This document shows positions 45,390-54,485 of a stretch of 55,228 nucleotides of DNA, in pieces. Both the position numbers and the translations under genes were made by a program. The stretch is from Candidatus Methylomirabilota bacterium. Its GTDB lineage: Bacteria; Methylomirabilota; Methylomirabilia; Rokubacteriales; CSP1-6. The DNA lies in the NCBI GenBank assembly GCA_035259825.1, contig DATFWA010000296.1, forward strand, positions 1 through 55,228, in the 5' to 3' direction. How positions within the stretch are numbered: position 1 is the first letter of the stretch; every line of letters starts with the position of its first letter. Below the pieces are notes generated by a model. That model saw nothing but the letters and a program-made list of their open reading frames with translations, ran no database searches and was not told the origin of the DNA.

Positions 45390-46916
45390 TCAATTCTCGA
45401 CGAAGGCGCGGAGGGCGCGGCCGCGCAGCGGGTGACGCAGTTTGCGCAGCGCCTTGGTCTCGATCTGGCGGATGCGCTCGCGGGTGACCGAGAAGCGCCG
45501 GCCCACCTCTTCCAGGGTGTGCTCGCCCGCCTCGCCGATACCGAAGCGCAATCTCAGAATCTCCTTCTCTTTGGGCGACAGCGTCCCGAGCGCCCGCTCC
45601 ACCTGATTCGTCAGATCCTGGCTGATCAGGTTGTCGTTGGGAGACTCCGCCCCCTTGTCCTCCAGGAAGTCGCCCAGCTCGGAATCGTCACCGATCGGGG
45701 TCTCCAGCGACAGCGGCTTGCGCGACGACTCCAGGATGAGCCGCACCTTGCGCGCGGGCACGCCGGTGCGCTGGGCCAGCTCCTCGGGCGTGGGCTCCCG
45801 CCCCATCTCGTTGACCAGCGACCGGTTCACTCGAGAGATGCGGTTGAGCGTCTCCACCATGTGCACCGGGATCCGGATGGTGCGCGAATGGTCCGCGATC
45901 GCGCGCGTGATCGCCTGACGGATCCACCACGTCGCGTAGGTCGAGAACTTGAACCCGCGGCGGTACTGGAAGCGGTCCACCGCCTTCATCAGGCCGATGT
46001 TGCCCTCCTGCACGAGGTCCAGCAGCGACAGCTCGCTGCCCAGGTAGCGCTTGGCCACCGACACCACCAGCCGAAGGTTGGCCTCCATCAGCTCCTTCTT
46101 GGCCTGGCGGACGACGCGGTCGTGCTCCTCGATCTCGCCCAGCGAGACGAGCAGCGCCTTGCGGCTCAGCCCCGCGGCCTGCTCCCGCTGCCGTAGCTCG
46201 GAGCGCGACTTCCCGCCGCTCATGCTCTTGGCGAGGCGCCGGATGTCGACGACCAGCTGGTCGACCAGCGCCGGCTTCAGCGGCAGCTTCTCCAGCACGG
46301 TCTGGATCGACTCGCGGTTCTGCGCGATCCACTTGTTGTAGTTGGCGCGGGTGGTCTTGCTGCGCCGCTTGTCGCGGAGGGCCTGGTGCAGGCGGTCGAT
46401 CTCGCGCTCCAGCCGGCGGATGCGCGCGAACGCGGCCAGGCTCGAGCGTACCTCGCTCGGGGTCGGCTCGCCCCCCTCGGGAAGCAGGATCACGTCGTCG
46501 AGCGGAACTTCCTCGCGCCGGACGCGATCGACCAGCGCCAGCAGCTTCGCGGTGGCGAAAGGCACCCGACCCAGCGCGCGCCGCAGCGCGATCTGGCCCA
46601 CTTCGATCCGACGCCCGAGCGCTACTTCCTCCTCGGCCCTCAGCAGCGAGACTTTGCCGATCTCCTTCAGATACAGGCGTACCGGGTCTTCGGCCGGCGA
46701 GGCGGACGGACGCAGCGCCGCCTCGGAGAGGGCGGGGGTCTCGTCCATCTCGACCGCGGAGTCGACGACACGGTCCAATTCGTCATCGACCGGCGGGGCG
46801 GGCTGAACGCTCGTCTTCTGAACCTGGCGTCCCCGCCGCTTGGCCTCACCCTGAGCCGCCTTGTACGGGCTGCTCTCTGTCGCCACCACCACGGTGTCGG
46901 TCTCTCTGAAAGTCAT
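45390..46916 (-). CDS. rpoD: primary RNA polymerase sigma factor (sigma-70 / RpoD)
   Basis: [56 protein letters not shown] and [19 protein letters not shown]. The start was chosen at MTFRETD with a GAGAGG Shine-Dalgarno. Confidence 0.93.
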   Translation of the reverse strand: MTFRETDTVVVATESSPYKAAQGEAKRRGRQVQKTSVQPAPPVDDELDRVVDSAVEMDETPALSEAALRPSASPAEDPVRLYLKEIGKVSLLRAEEEVALGRRIEVGQIALRRALGRVPFATAKLLALVDRVRREEVPLDDVILLPEGGEPTPSEVRSSLAAFARIRRLEREIDRLHQALRDKRRSKTTRANYNKWIAQNRESIQTVLEKLPLKPALVDQLVVDIRRLAKSMSGGKSRSELRQREQAAGLSRKALLVSLGEIEEHDRVVRQAKKELMEANLRLVVSVAKRYLGSELSLLDLVQEGNIGLMKAVDRFQYRRGFKFSTYATWWIRQAITRAIADHSRTIRIPVHMVETLNRISRVNRSLVNEMGREPTPEELAQRTGVPARKVRLILESSRKPLSLETPIGDDSELGDFLEDKGAESPNDNLISQDLTNQVERALGTLSPKEKEILRLRFGIGEAGEHTLEEVGRRFSVTRERIRQIETKALRKLRHPLRGRALRAFVEN

Positions 46917-47235
46917 TACGACCTCTCGTATCGTCAGGGGTGCACGTGCGCCCGGTAATTGTTTCCCTGGAGCCGTTCGAGCCCAATGCTTCCAGGCTCC
47001 GCCACATCCGTTTAGATGAGCGACGCGATGCGACCGATGCAAGCCTCCGAAGCCGAGCAGCAACCGTCGAGCCAGAAACCGGCGGCTATCCCGGCTCGTT
47101 CCGCGTCGTCCGGACCTTCAAGACGAGACGTGTCAGCGTGACCGGCTATTCAGCGGGCGGGTGCCTGCTGGCCGACTGCGGGCGCGGTGACCGGATCGGA
47201 CGGCCCGGGCGGGGAACGTTCGCCCTGGCGGTGGG

Positions 47236-47841
47236 TTACTGGGCCTTGTTCAGGATCAGGTCGAACGTGGCGAGAACGTTCTCGCGCACGGTGATCAGCC
47301 AGATCCGGATGGGGTCGACGCCCCAGTCGCGCGGCTTGATCCAGCTCTCTCCCCGCAGCCAGAGCGAGCCACCTGGGCGCAGACGTACTCGACCGGAAAA
47401 ATCGACCGGTCGGGATTCCCCTCTCATGGTCAAGACGCCACGGATAGTCATCAGCACGTCGTTGTTCTCGGCGAGGGAGGTAAAGGAGCTTTCCACCCTA
47501 TCGATCCGGTAACGGATCTCCTGGTGATGCTCCACATCCAGGGTGCGATGGATGGCGCGGTCGCGTTTCTTGTCGGCGGATCGCAAGGATCCTGCGGGCA
47601 CCGCGAACTGGCCTCGAATAGGCTGCTTCAGGTCCGCGATGTCCGCCTCGATCTCGCCGGTCGGTGCCTCGCTGGCGACCGAGAAATTCTCGAATGGGTG
47701 AAAGGCGTCGAATCCAGCCCGGCTCTTGTCCGACTCCACCGTGAATCGCTGCATCTCGGCCGCCACCGGGCCGGCCAGCACCAGGACCCAGGTGAGGCAG
47801 AGGGCTGCCACTCGCGCGGGCATACTGCGGTGGGATACCAT
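47236..47841 (-). CDS. YceI-like periplasmic (polyisoprenoid-binding fold) protein
   Basis: Signal peptide ARVAALCLTWVLVLAGPVAA, then FTVESDKSRAGFDAFHPFENF...G.L.MRGESRPV, a typical YceI layout. Confidence 0.8.
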   Translation of the reverse strand: MVSHRSMPARVAALCLTWVLVLAGPVAAEMQRFTVESDKSRAGFDAFHPFENFSVASEAPTGEIEADIADLKQPIRGQFAVPAGSLRSADKKRDRAIHRTLDVEHHQEIRYRIDRVESSFTSLAENNDVLMTIRGVLTMRGESRPVDFSGRVRLRPGGSLWLRGESWIKPRDWGVDPIRIWLITVRENVLATFDLILNKAQ

Positions 47842-47936
47842 GGGCGCCCACGACGGGTCAATCGTTCCCGGGAAATGTGTTGACTCGAGACCGGAGCCGG
47901 TTCTACCGTCTAAACGCCCGCCATGATGAGCGATTG

Positions 47937-49373
47937 ATGGCCATTGCCCCCAGCGCCTCGTACAGCTTTACGGTCCGGCTCGCGATCCGGAACAAGCCCG
48001 GCATGCTGGGTCGCGTCACCTCTGCCATCGGCAAGGCGGGCGGCGACATCGGGGCCGTCGACCTGGTCGAGATGACCGGGGAGCAGGTCCTCCGCGACAT
48101 CACTATCAAGGCGCGGGACAGCCGCCACGCCAGCGAGATCATCGACCGGCTGCGGACCGCGTCCGGGGTGCGGGTTGCCAACATCTCCGATCGCACCTTC
48201 CTGATGCACCTCGGCGGGAAGATCGAGATCCACAGCAAGGTGCCAATCCGGACTCGGGACGACCTCAGCATGGCCTACACGCCGGGGGTGGCGCGGGTCT
48301 GCCTCGCGATCAAGGACGACCCCAGCCGAGCCTTCACCCTGACCATCAAGCAGAACGCGGTCGCGGTGGTCACCGATGGCACCGCGGTGCTGGGCCTCGG
48401 CGACATCGGGCCGGAGGCCGCGATGCCGGTCATGGAAGGCAAGGCGATGCTCTTCAAGGAGCTGGCCGGGGTGGACGCCTTCCCGATCGCGCTCGACACC
48501 AAGGACCCCGGCAAGATCGTGGACGCGGTGAAGATGATCGCGCCGGCGTTCGGCGGCATCAACCTGGAGGACATCTCCGCCCCGCGCTGCTTCGAGGTCG
48601 AAGAACGGCTGCGCAAGGAGCTGGACATCCCGGTCTTCCACGACGATCAGCACGGCACCGCGGTCGTGGTGCTGGCGGCCTTGTTCAACGCGCTGAAGAT
48701 CGTGCGGAAGGACATCCGCCGGATCAAGGTCGTGGTCTCCGGGGTTGGCGCCGCGGGCACCGCCACGATCAAGATCCTGCTCGCCCTCGGCGCCCGGGAC
48801 ATCATCGGCGTCGACGAGCATGGCACGATCCATCGCGGCCGCACGGTCGGCATGGACTTCATGAAGGCGTGGGTCGCCTCCGCCACCAACCCTCGCGATA
48901 TTGCCGGTCGGCTGTCGGATGCCATCCGGGGCGCGGACGTGTTCATCGGCCTGTCCGTTCCGCGCGTCCTGACGGTCAAGGACGTCAAGAGCATGGCGCG
49001 GGACCGCATCGTGTTCGCGATGGCCAACCCGGTGCCCGAGATCCATCCCGAAGAGGCGGAGCGTCACGTCCGAGTGATGGCCACCGGGCGCTCCGACTAT
49101 CCGAACCAGATCAACAACGTGCTCTGCTTCCCCGGCTTCTTCCGCGGTCTCCTGGACTCCCGCGCCCGGCTCGTCAACGACGAGATGAAGATCGCGGCCG
49201 CCCACGCCATCGCTTCTTGCGTCGGGCGCGGCGAGCTGGGGCCGGAGTACATCATTCCCAGCGTGTTCAACAAGAACATCGCGGCCGCGGTGGCGCGCGA
49301 CGTGGCGAAGGCGGCGCAGAAGACCGGGGTGGCCCGGCGGCGCCGCCGGGCCGACGCCGCGGTGTGGACGTAG
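47937..49373 (+). CDS. NAD(P)-dependent malic enzyme with an N-terminal ACT domain
   Basis: The ACT-like stretch is FTVRLAIRNKPGMLGRVTSAIGKAGGDIGAVDLVE. Malic enzyme motifs follow: DLSMAYTPGVARVC, VVTDGTAVLGLGDIGPEAAMPVMEGKA, FHDDQHGTAVV, GVGAAG and NNVLCFPG. Confidence 0.9.
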   Translation: MAIAPSASYSFTVRLAIRNKPGMLGRVTSAIGKAGGDIGAVDLVEMTGEQVLRDITIKARDSRHASEIIDRLRTASGVRVANISDRTFLMHLGGKIEIHSKVPIRTRDDLSMAYTPGVARVCLAIKDDPSRAFTLTIKQNAVAVVTDGTAVLGLGDIGPEAAMPVMEGKAMLFKELAGVDAFPIALDTKDPGKIVDAVKMIAPAFGGINLEDISAPRCFEVEERLRKELDIPVFHDDQHGTAVVVLAALFNALKIVRKDIRRIKVVVSGVGAAGTATIKILLALGARDIIGVDEHGTIHRGRTVGMDFMKAWVASATNPRDIAGRLSDAIRGADVFIGLSVPRVLTVKDVKSMARDRIVFAMANPVPEIHPEEAERHVRVMATGRSDYPNQINNVLCFPGFFRGLLDSRARLVNDEMKIAAAHAIASCVGRGELGPEYIIPSVFNKNIAAAVARDVAKAAQKTGVARRRRRADAAVWT

Positions 49374-49378
49374 CCGCG

Positions 49379-50104
49379 GTGGCGGGCACGCCGCGCTGGT
49401 CCGTGGTCATTCCCGCGTACAACGAGGCGGCGCGGCTTCCCGGCTACCTGAAGGAGATCCAGGCGTACTTCGAGGGGCGCGACGAGCCCTACGAGATCAT
49501 CGTGGTGGACGACGGCAGCCGCGACGCGACCGCGGAGCGGGTTCGCGAGGTCGCGGCCGGCCGACCCGCGGTCACGGTGCATACCCTCGCCGAGAACCGG
49601 GGCAAGGGGCACGCGGTCCGGGTCGGCATGGCCGACGCGAGAGGGGTGCTGCGGCTGATGGCCGACGCCGACGGCGCCACCCCGATTGTGGAGGTCTCGC
49701 GGCTCGAGGCGGCGGTGGCGGCCGGGGCTGACATCGCGATCGGCTCCCGCGCGCTGCACGATTCCGCGGTGGTCCGGCAGGTGCGCACGCACCGCAAGCT
49801 CGCCGGGCACGTGTTCAACTTCCTGGTGCGGCGGCTCGGCGTCCCCGGGGTGGTGGACACGCAGTGCGGCTTCAAGCTCTTCCGGGGGCCGGTGGCGGCC
49901 GCGCTCTTCCCGCTCATCACCACCGACGGCTTCGGCTTCGATGTGGAGCTGCTCATGCTGGCGGTACGGCGCGGCTATCGTGTCGCAGAGGTGCCGGTGA
50001 ATTGGGCTGACCAGCCGGGCTCGAAGGTCGGCGTGCTGCGCCACGGGCCGCGCATGCTCCGAGAGGCGCTGTCCGCGCGTCGGAAGCTGGGGCGCGGGCG
50101 ATGA
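49379..50104 (+). CDS. family 2 glycosyltransferase (dolichyl/polyprenyl-phosphate glycosyltransferase-like)
   Basis: WSVVIPAYNEAARL, IIVVDDGSRDAT, MADADGATP and QCGFKLF. GTG start; the alternative GTG at 49364 is possible. Confidence 0.85.
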   Translation: MAGTPRWSVVIPAYNEAARLPGYLKEIQAYFEGRDEPYEIIVVDDGSRDATAERVREVAAGRPAVTVHTLAENRGKGHAVRVGMADARGVLRLMADADGATPIVEVSRLEAAVAAGADIAIGSRALHDSAVVRQVRTHRKLAGHVFNFLVRRLGVPGVVDTQCGFKLFRGPVAAALFPLITTDGFGFDVELLMLAVRRGYRVAEVPVNWADQPGSKVGVLRHGPRMLREALSARRKLGRGR

Positions 50105-51243
50105 TCGCGCGGCGCACCCAGGAGATCGAGCCGTTCCTGGCCGTCGAGGTCTTCCAACGGGCCCAGGTGCTCGAGCGCGAGGGCGCCGACGTGATCCATC
50201 TGGAGTTCGGCGAGCCCGACTTCGACACGCCGCCGGTCATCCGCGAAGCGGCCGAGAAGGCGCTGAAGGACGGGCGCACTCGCTACGCGCACCCGCTGGG
50301 CATCCTGCCGCTGCGCGAGGCGATCGCCGAGCACTACCACGCCCGCTACGGGGTAACCGTCTCACCGGACCAAGTCCTCGTGACCGCGGGCAGTTCGCCG
50401 GCGCTGCTCATGCTCTTCAGCGCGCTGCTGGATCGTGGGGACCAGGTGATCCTCTCCGATCCCTACTACGCGTGCTATCCGAAGTTCGTGAAGTTCGCCG
50501 AGGGACAGCCGGTCTACGTGCCGGTCGAGGAGTCGGACGCCTTCCAATTCCGCCCGGAGGCGGTGGCCGCGCGCGTGGGTCCGGCGACCAAGGCGCTCCT
50601 GGTGAACTCGCCCGCCAATCCCACCGGCACCGTGCTGACCGCGGATCGCCTGGCCGCGCTGTGCCGGCTCGGCCCCTGGGTGGTGTCGGACGAGATCTAC
50701 CACGGGCTGACCTACGAGGGGCCCGAGCACACCGTGCTCGAGTTCACCGATCGCGCCTTCGTGCTGAACGGGTTCTCCAAGGCCTTTGCGATGACCGGGT
50801 GGCGGGTGGGCTATCTGATCGCCCCGCGTGAGTTCATGCCCGCGCTGACCGCCATGCACGGCAACTTCTTCATCTCCACCAACGAGTTCGTGCAGTGGGC
50901 CGCGCTCGCCGCGCTGCGCGAGGCGGTGGAGGACAGCGCGCGCTTCCGCCGCATCTTCGACGAGCGACGCCACGCCATGGTGGACGGCTTGCGGGCCATC
51001 GGGCTGGGTGTAGGCGCTGTGCCCACCGGGGCCTTCTACGTGCTCGCCAACGCCCGGCGCTACACCGCCGACTCGCTCGCCTTCGCGTTCGAGATCCTCG
51101 AGCAGACCCACGTGGGCGTCACCCCGGGCGTGGACTTCGGGCCCAACGCGGAAGGCTACCTGCGCTTCTCCTACGCCCAGTCGCTCGAGCGGATCGAGGA
51201 GGCGATGCGCCGGATCGGTCCCTTCCTGGCCGCCCGCCGGTGA
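50101..51243 (+). CDS. class I/II pyridoxal-phosphate-dependent aminotransferase (aspartate aminotransferase-like)
   Basis: LEFGEPDFDTP, NSPANPTG and NGFSKAFAMTGWRVGY (PLP Lys). ATGA overlap with the upstream gene. Confidence 0.9.
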   Translation: MIARRTQEIEPFLAVEVFQRAQVLEREGADVIHLEFGEPDFDTPPVIREAAEKALKDGRTRYAHPLGILPLREAIAEHYHARYGVTVSPDQVLVTAGSSPALLMLFSALLDRGDQVILSDPYYACYPKFVKFAEGQPVYVPVEESDAFQFRPEAVAARVGPATKALLVNSPANPTGTVLTADRLAALCRLGPWVVSDEIYHGLTYEGPEHTVLEFTDRAFVLNGFSKAFAMTGWRVGYLIAPREFMPALTAMHGNFFISTNEFVQWAALAALREAVEDSARFRRIFDERRHAMVDGLRAIGLGVGAVPTGAFYVLANARRYTADSLAFAFEILEQTHVGVTPGVDFGPNAEGYLRFSYAQSLERIEEAMRRIGPFLAARR

Positions 51244-51671
51244 CCGCGCCCGGCTGCGCGATGTGCGGCAAGTACGGCGCCGGCGGGGGCGACCTGCACA
51301 TCGTCGACCTCGAAGGGTCGCGCGTCTTTCTGCACGACGATCAGTTCTTCCCCGGCTACGTGCTGCTCGTGTTGCGGCGCCACGCGACCGAGCTGTACGA
51401 GCTGTCGGCCGCGGAGCGCCTAACCCTGATCGAAGAGGTGAGCCGCGTGGCGGAGGCGCTCGCCCGCGTATTCCAGCCGGTGAAGATGAACTACGAGCTG
51501 CTCGGCAACCAGGTGCCGCACATCCACTGGCATCTGGTCCCGCGCCTGTCCACGGACCCCGAGCCGCACGCGCCCATCTGGCGGGTCGCGCACGAGCCGG
51601 CGCCGCTTCCGCCCGCGGCCGTCCGCGAGCGGATCGATCTCATCCGCCGCGCCCTCGCCACCGCCGCCTGA
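51240..51671 (+). CDS. HIT-family (histidine triad) hydrolase
   Basis: CAMCGK N-terminal CxxC, PGYVLLVLRRH, and QVPHIHWHLVPR histidine triad. GTGA overlap with the aminotransferase. Confidence 0.85.
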   Translation: MTAPGCAMCGKYGAGGGDLHIVDLEGSRVFLHDDQFFPGYVLLVLRRHATELYELSAAERLTLIEEVSRVAEALARVFQPVKMNYELLGNQVPHIHWHLVPRLSTDPEPHAPIWRVAHEPAPLPPAAVRERIDLIRRALATAA

Positions 51672-51716
51672 CCGCGTGACCGCCGCCGCCGATCGTCCAA
51701 CCGAGAACTGACGCCG

Positions 51717-52415
51717 ATGGCGGAGAGCTTGCCCGCGAAGAAGGCGCGCGCCCGGAAGATCCTGGCTCGGCTCGCGAAGGCCTATCCCGATGCGCGGACC
51801 GAGCTGCACTTCACCACGCCGCTCGACCTGCTCGTCGCGACCATCCTGTCCGCGCAGTGCACGGACGAGCGGGTGAACGCGGTCACCGCCGAGCTCTTCA
51901 GGCGGTATCGGACCGCGCAGGATTGGGCGGAGATCCCGCTGCCGACCCTCGAGCGCCTGATCCACTCGACTGGCTTCTTCCGCGCCAAGGCTCGCTCCCT
52001 CAACGGCATGGCCCGCGCGCTAGTCGAGCGCCACCGCGGAGAGGTGCCGAAGACGCTCGACGACCTGGTGGATCTTCCCGGGGTCGGCCGGAAGACCGCG
52101 AACGTCGTGCTGGGCAACGCGTTCGGGATTCCGGCGCTGGCGGTGGACACCCACGTGTTCCGGGTGTCGCAGCGGCTGGGGCTCGCCCGCGCGGACGATC
52201 CGGAGAAGATCCACGATCAGCTCTGCGAGGTGATGCCGAGGCCCCGCTGGACCCAGGCCAGCCACCTCCTGATCCTGCATGGGCGACGCGTCTGCTTTGC
52301 CCGCAAGCCGGCCTGCCCGACCTGTCCGGTGGCGAGCCTCTGTCCCTGGCCCGACAAGACCCGGGCGACGCCCACGCCGCCGGTGCGCCGTGCCGTATCA
52401 GGGCGGAGCAGTTGA
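51717..52415 (+). CDS. nth: endonuclease III
   Basis: [16 protein letters not shown], Hh[14 protein letters not shown], and the [4Fe-4S] motif [17 protein letters not shown]. Confidence 0.93.
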   Translation: MAESLPAKKARARKILARLAKAYPDARTELHFTTPLDLLVATILSAQCTDERVNAVTAELFRRYRTAQDWAEIPLPTLERLIHSTGFFRAKARSLNGMARALVERHRGEVPKTLDDLVDLPGVGRKTANVVLGNAFGIPALAVDTHVFRVSQRLGLARADDPEKIHDQLCEVMPRPRWTQASHLLILHGRRVCFARKPACPTCPVASLCPWPDKTRATPTPPVRRAVSGRSS

Positions 52416-52494
52416 CCGGCTGGGGTGTTTCCTCTATGATTACCCGTTGCCAATTCAGGGCACGGTCGACGTGGCGGAGGGGTCCCCATTCACG

Positions 52495-52566
52495 CCGCGC
52501 TGGGCGGGCACACCTCGCTGGGCGGGCAGACCTCGCTGGGCAGGCGGACCTCGCTGGGCAGGCGGA
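52495..52566. repeat. tandem direct repeat, 18 bp x 4 (CCTCGCTGGGC[G/A]GGC[A/G]GA)
   Basis: The copies lie at 52495-52512 (2 mismatches), 52513-52530, 52531-52548 and 52549-52566; the last two are identical. The array ends 9 nt before the rplM ATG. Confidence 0.85.
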
Positions 52567-52575
52567 CGGAGAACG

Positions 52576-53019
52576 ATGACGACGGTGATGCCGAAGGAAA
52601 GTGATGTGGAGCGCAAATGGTACCTGGTCGACGCCCAGGACAAGGTGCTGGGACGTCTGGCCACCCAGGTCGCGACGCTGCTGCGGGGCAAGCACAAGCC
52701 CCAGTTCTCGCCGCATCTCGACGTGGGGGACCACGTGGTGGTCATCAACGCCGAGAAGGTACATCTCACCGGCCGCAAGATGACCGACAAGATCTATCGC
52801 TGGCACAGCGGATACATCGGAGGACTGCGTGAGGTCAGTGCGGAGCGCATGCTCAAGACGCATCCCGAGCGCATGATCGAGTGGGCGGTGCAGGGCATGC
52901 TCCCGAAGGGCCGCCTCGGCCGCGCGATGGCCAAGAAGCTGAAGGTCTACAAGGGCGCGGAGCACCCGCACGCCGCCCAGAAGCCCGAGCCGCTCGCGAT
53001 GCGCGAGCGCGCCCGCTGA
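52576..53019 (+). CDS. rplM: 50S ribosomal protein L13
   Basis: [37 protein letters not shown]...GYIGG...MLPK. The start could also be ATG 52588. Confidence 0.93.
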   Translation: MTTVMPKESDVERKWYLVDAQDKVLGRLATQVATLLRGKHKPQFSPHLDVGDHVVVINAEKVHLTGRKMTDKIYRWHSGYIGGLREVSAERMLKTHPERMIEWAVQGMLPKGRLGRAMAKKLKVYKGAEHPHAAQKPEPLAMRERAR

Positions 53020-53027
53020 GGAGCCCC

Positions 53028-53423
53028 ATGGCCGTCGTCACTCGCTTCTACGGAACCGGACGCCGCAAGACCTCCGTGGCCCGCGTCTGGCTCAGCGCCG
53101 GAAGTGGCCGCATCCTGATCAACCGGCGTCCCTTCGAGGAATACTTCCCGCGCGAGACGCTGCGGATGGTGATCTCGCAGCCGCTCCAGCTCACGAACAC
53201 CATCGGCCAGTTCGACGCGGTCGTGAACGTGGGCGGCGGCGGCCCGACCGGCCAGGCGGGAGCCGTGCGCCACGGCATCGCGCGCGCCCTGCTCCAGTTC
53301 GACGAAAAGCTGCGCCAGACCCTGAAGCGGGCCGGTCTCCTCACGCGCGACCCGCGCATGAAGGAGCGCAAGAAGTACGGCCAGCCCGGCGCGCGCTCCA
53401 AGTTCCAGTACTCCAAGCGGTGA
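53028..53423 (+). CDS. rpsI: 30S ribosomal protein S9
   Basis: [16 protein letters not shown]...[19 protein letters not shown]...[25 protein letters not shown]. Confidence 0.95.
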   Translation: MAVVTRFYGTGRRKTSVARVWLSAGSGRILINRRPFEEYFPRETLRMVISQPLQLTNTIGQFDAVVNVGGGGPTGQAGAVRHGIARALLQFDEKLRQTLKRAGLLTRDPRMKERKKYGQPGARSKFQYSKR

Positions 53424-53430
53424 CCGGCCG

Positions 53431-54480
53431 GTGCTGAAGGTCGCGGTCACCGGGGCCAGCGGCTACATGGGCGCGGAGCTGCTGCGCCTGCTCTCCGTCC
53501 ATCCCAAGGTGCGGATCACCGCCGTGACGTCCGAGCGGCTCGCCGGCGAGCGCCTGGACAAGAGCTATCCGCACCTGCGTGGGTTGAGCGATCTCGTCTT
53601 CCAGGAGATCTCAGCCGAGCGGCTGGCCGACGAGGCGGAGCTCGTCTTCCTCGCGCTCCCGCACATGGAGTCACAGCGGCTGATGCCCGCGCTGCGGCGG
53701 CACGGCCGGAAGGCGATCGATCTCTCGGCGGACTACCGCTTGAGAGATGCCAGGCTGTACACGACATGGTACAAGGCGCCCCACGAGGACGCGGCCGGTC
53801 TCGCCGAGGCGGTGTACGGGATGCCGGAGCTGCACCGCAAGGACATCGCGGGCGCCTCGCTGGTCGCCTCGCCCGGCTGCTATCCGATGGGGGCGGTGCT
53901 CGCCACCGCTCCGCTGCTCAAGAGCGGCCGGGGCGGCACCGACGGCATCGTGATCGACGGCAAGTCGGGAGTGACCGGAGCCGGCGCGCAGGGCCGCAAG
54001 GCCGATCCGATGTACCTCTTCACCGAGGCCAACGAGAACGTGCAGGCCTACAGCATGGCTACCCACCGCCACACCCCCGAGATCGAGCAGGAGCTGTCCG
54101 CGCTGGCGGGGCGTCCGGTGGTGGTGAGCTTCACACCGCATCTCGTGCCGCTCAACCGCGGTCTCTTCACCACCGCCTCGGTGCCCCTCACGAAGCCCGC
54201 GACCACCGCGGAGCTGGTGGCGCTCTATCGTGAGTTCTACGCGGGCGAGCCGTTCGTGCGCGTGCTCGACGAGGGCCAGCGGCCGACGACGCGCTCGGTG
54301 GTGGGCTCGAACTACTGCGACGTCACGGTGGTTGCCGACCCGCGGACGCAGCGCGCGGTGTGCGTGTCCGCGCTCGACAACCTGGGCAAGGGCGGGTCCG
54401 CCAACGGTATCCAGAGCCTCAACATCATGATGGGGTGGGACGAGCGCACCGGCCTCGACGCGCCTCCGGTGTACCCGTAA
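53431..54480 (+). CDS. argC: N-acetyl-gamma-glutamyl-phosphate reductase
   Basis: VAVTGASGYMGAELLRLL, active site ASPGCYP, and LDNLGKGGSANGIQ. GTG start 7 nt after rpsI. Confidence 0.93.
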   Translation: MLKVAVTGASGYMGAELLRLLSVHPKVRITAVTSERLAGERLDKSYPHLRGLSDLVFQEISAERLADEAELVFLALPHMESQRLMPALRRHGRKAIDLSADYRLRDARLYTTWYKAPHEDAAGLAEAVYGMPELHRKDIAGASLVASPGCYPMGAVLATAPLLKSGRGGTDGIVIDGKSGVTGAGAQGRKADPMYLFTEANENVQAYSMATHRHTPEIEQELSALAGRPVVVSFTPHLVPLNRGLFTTASVPLTKPATTAELVALYREFYAGEPFVRVLDEGQRPTTRSVVGSNYCDVTVVADPRTQRAVCVSALDNLGKGGSANGIQSLNIMMGWDERTGLDAPPVYP

Positions 54481-54485
54481 GCGGC

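Noticed and set aside
46980-46994. Sigma-54-like TGG...GC element (TGGAAGCATTGGGCT on the minus strand) upstream of rpoD.
   Set aside because: The GG-to-GC spacing is one nucleotide short of the -24/-12 consensus, and the -12 region lacks TTGC. It is probably a chance match.
52495-52566. Considered whether the 18-bp repeat array is a miniature CRISPR or a coding repeat of an independent gene.
   Set aside because: The copies are directly tandem with no spacers, and no cas genes are present. The only long ORF covering the array (52279-53019) is the rplM frame extended backwards over the 3' end of nth. It is kept as a non-coding or leader repeat finding instead.
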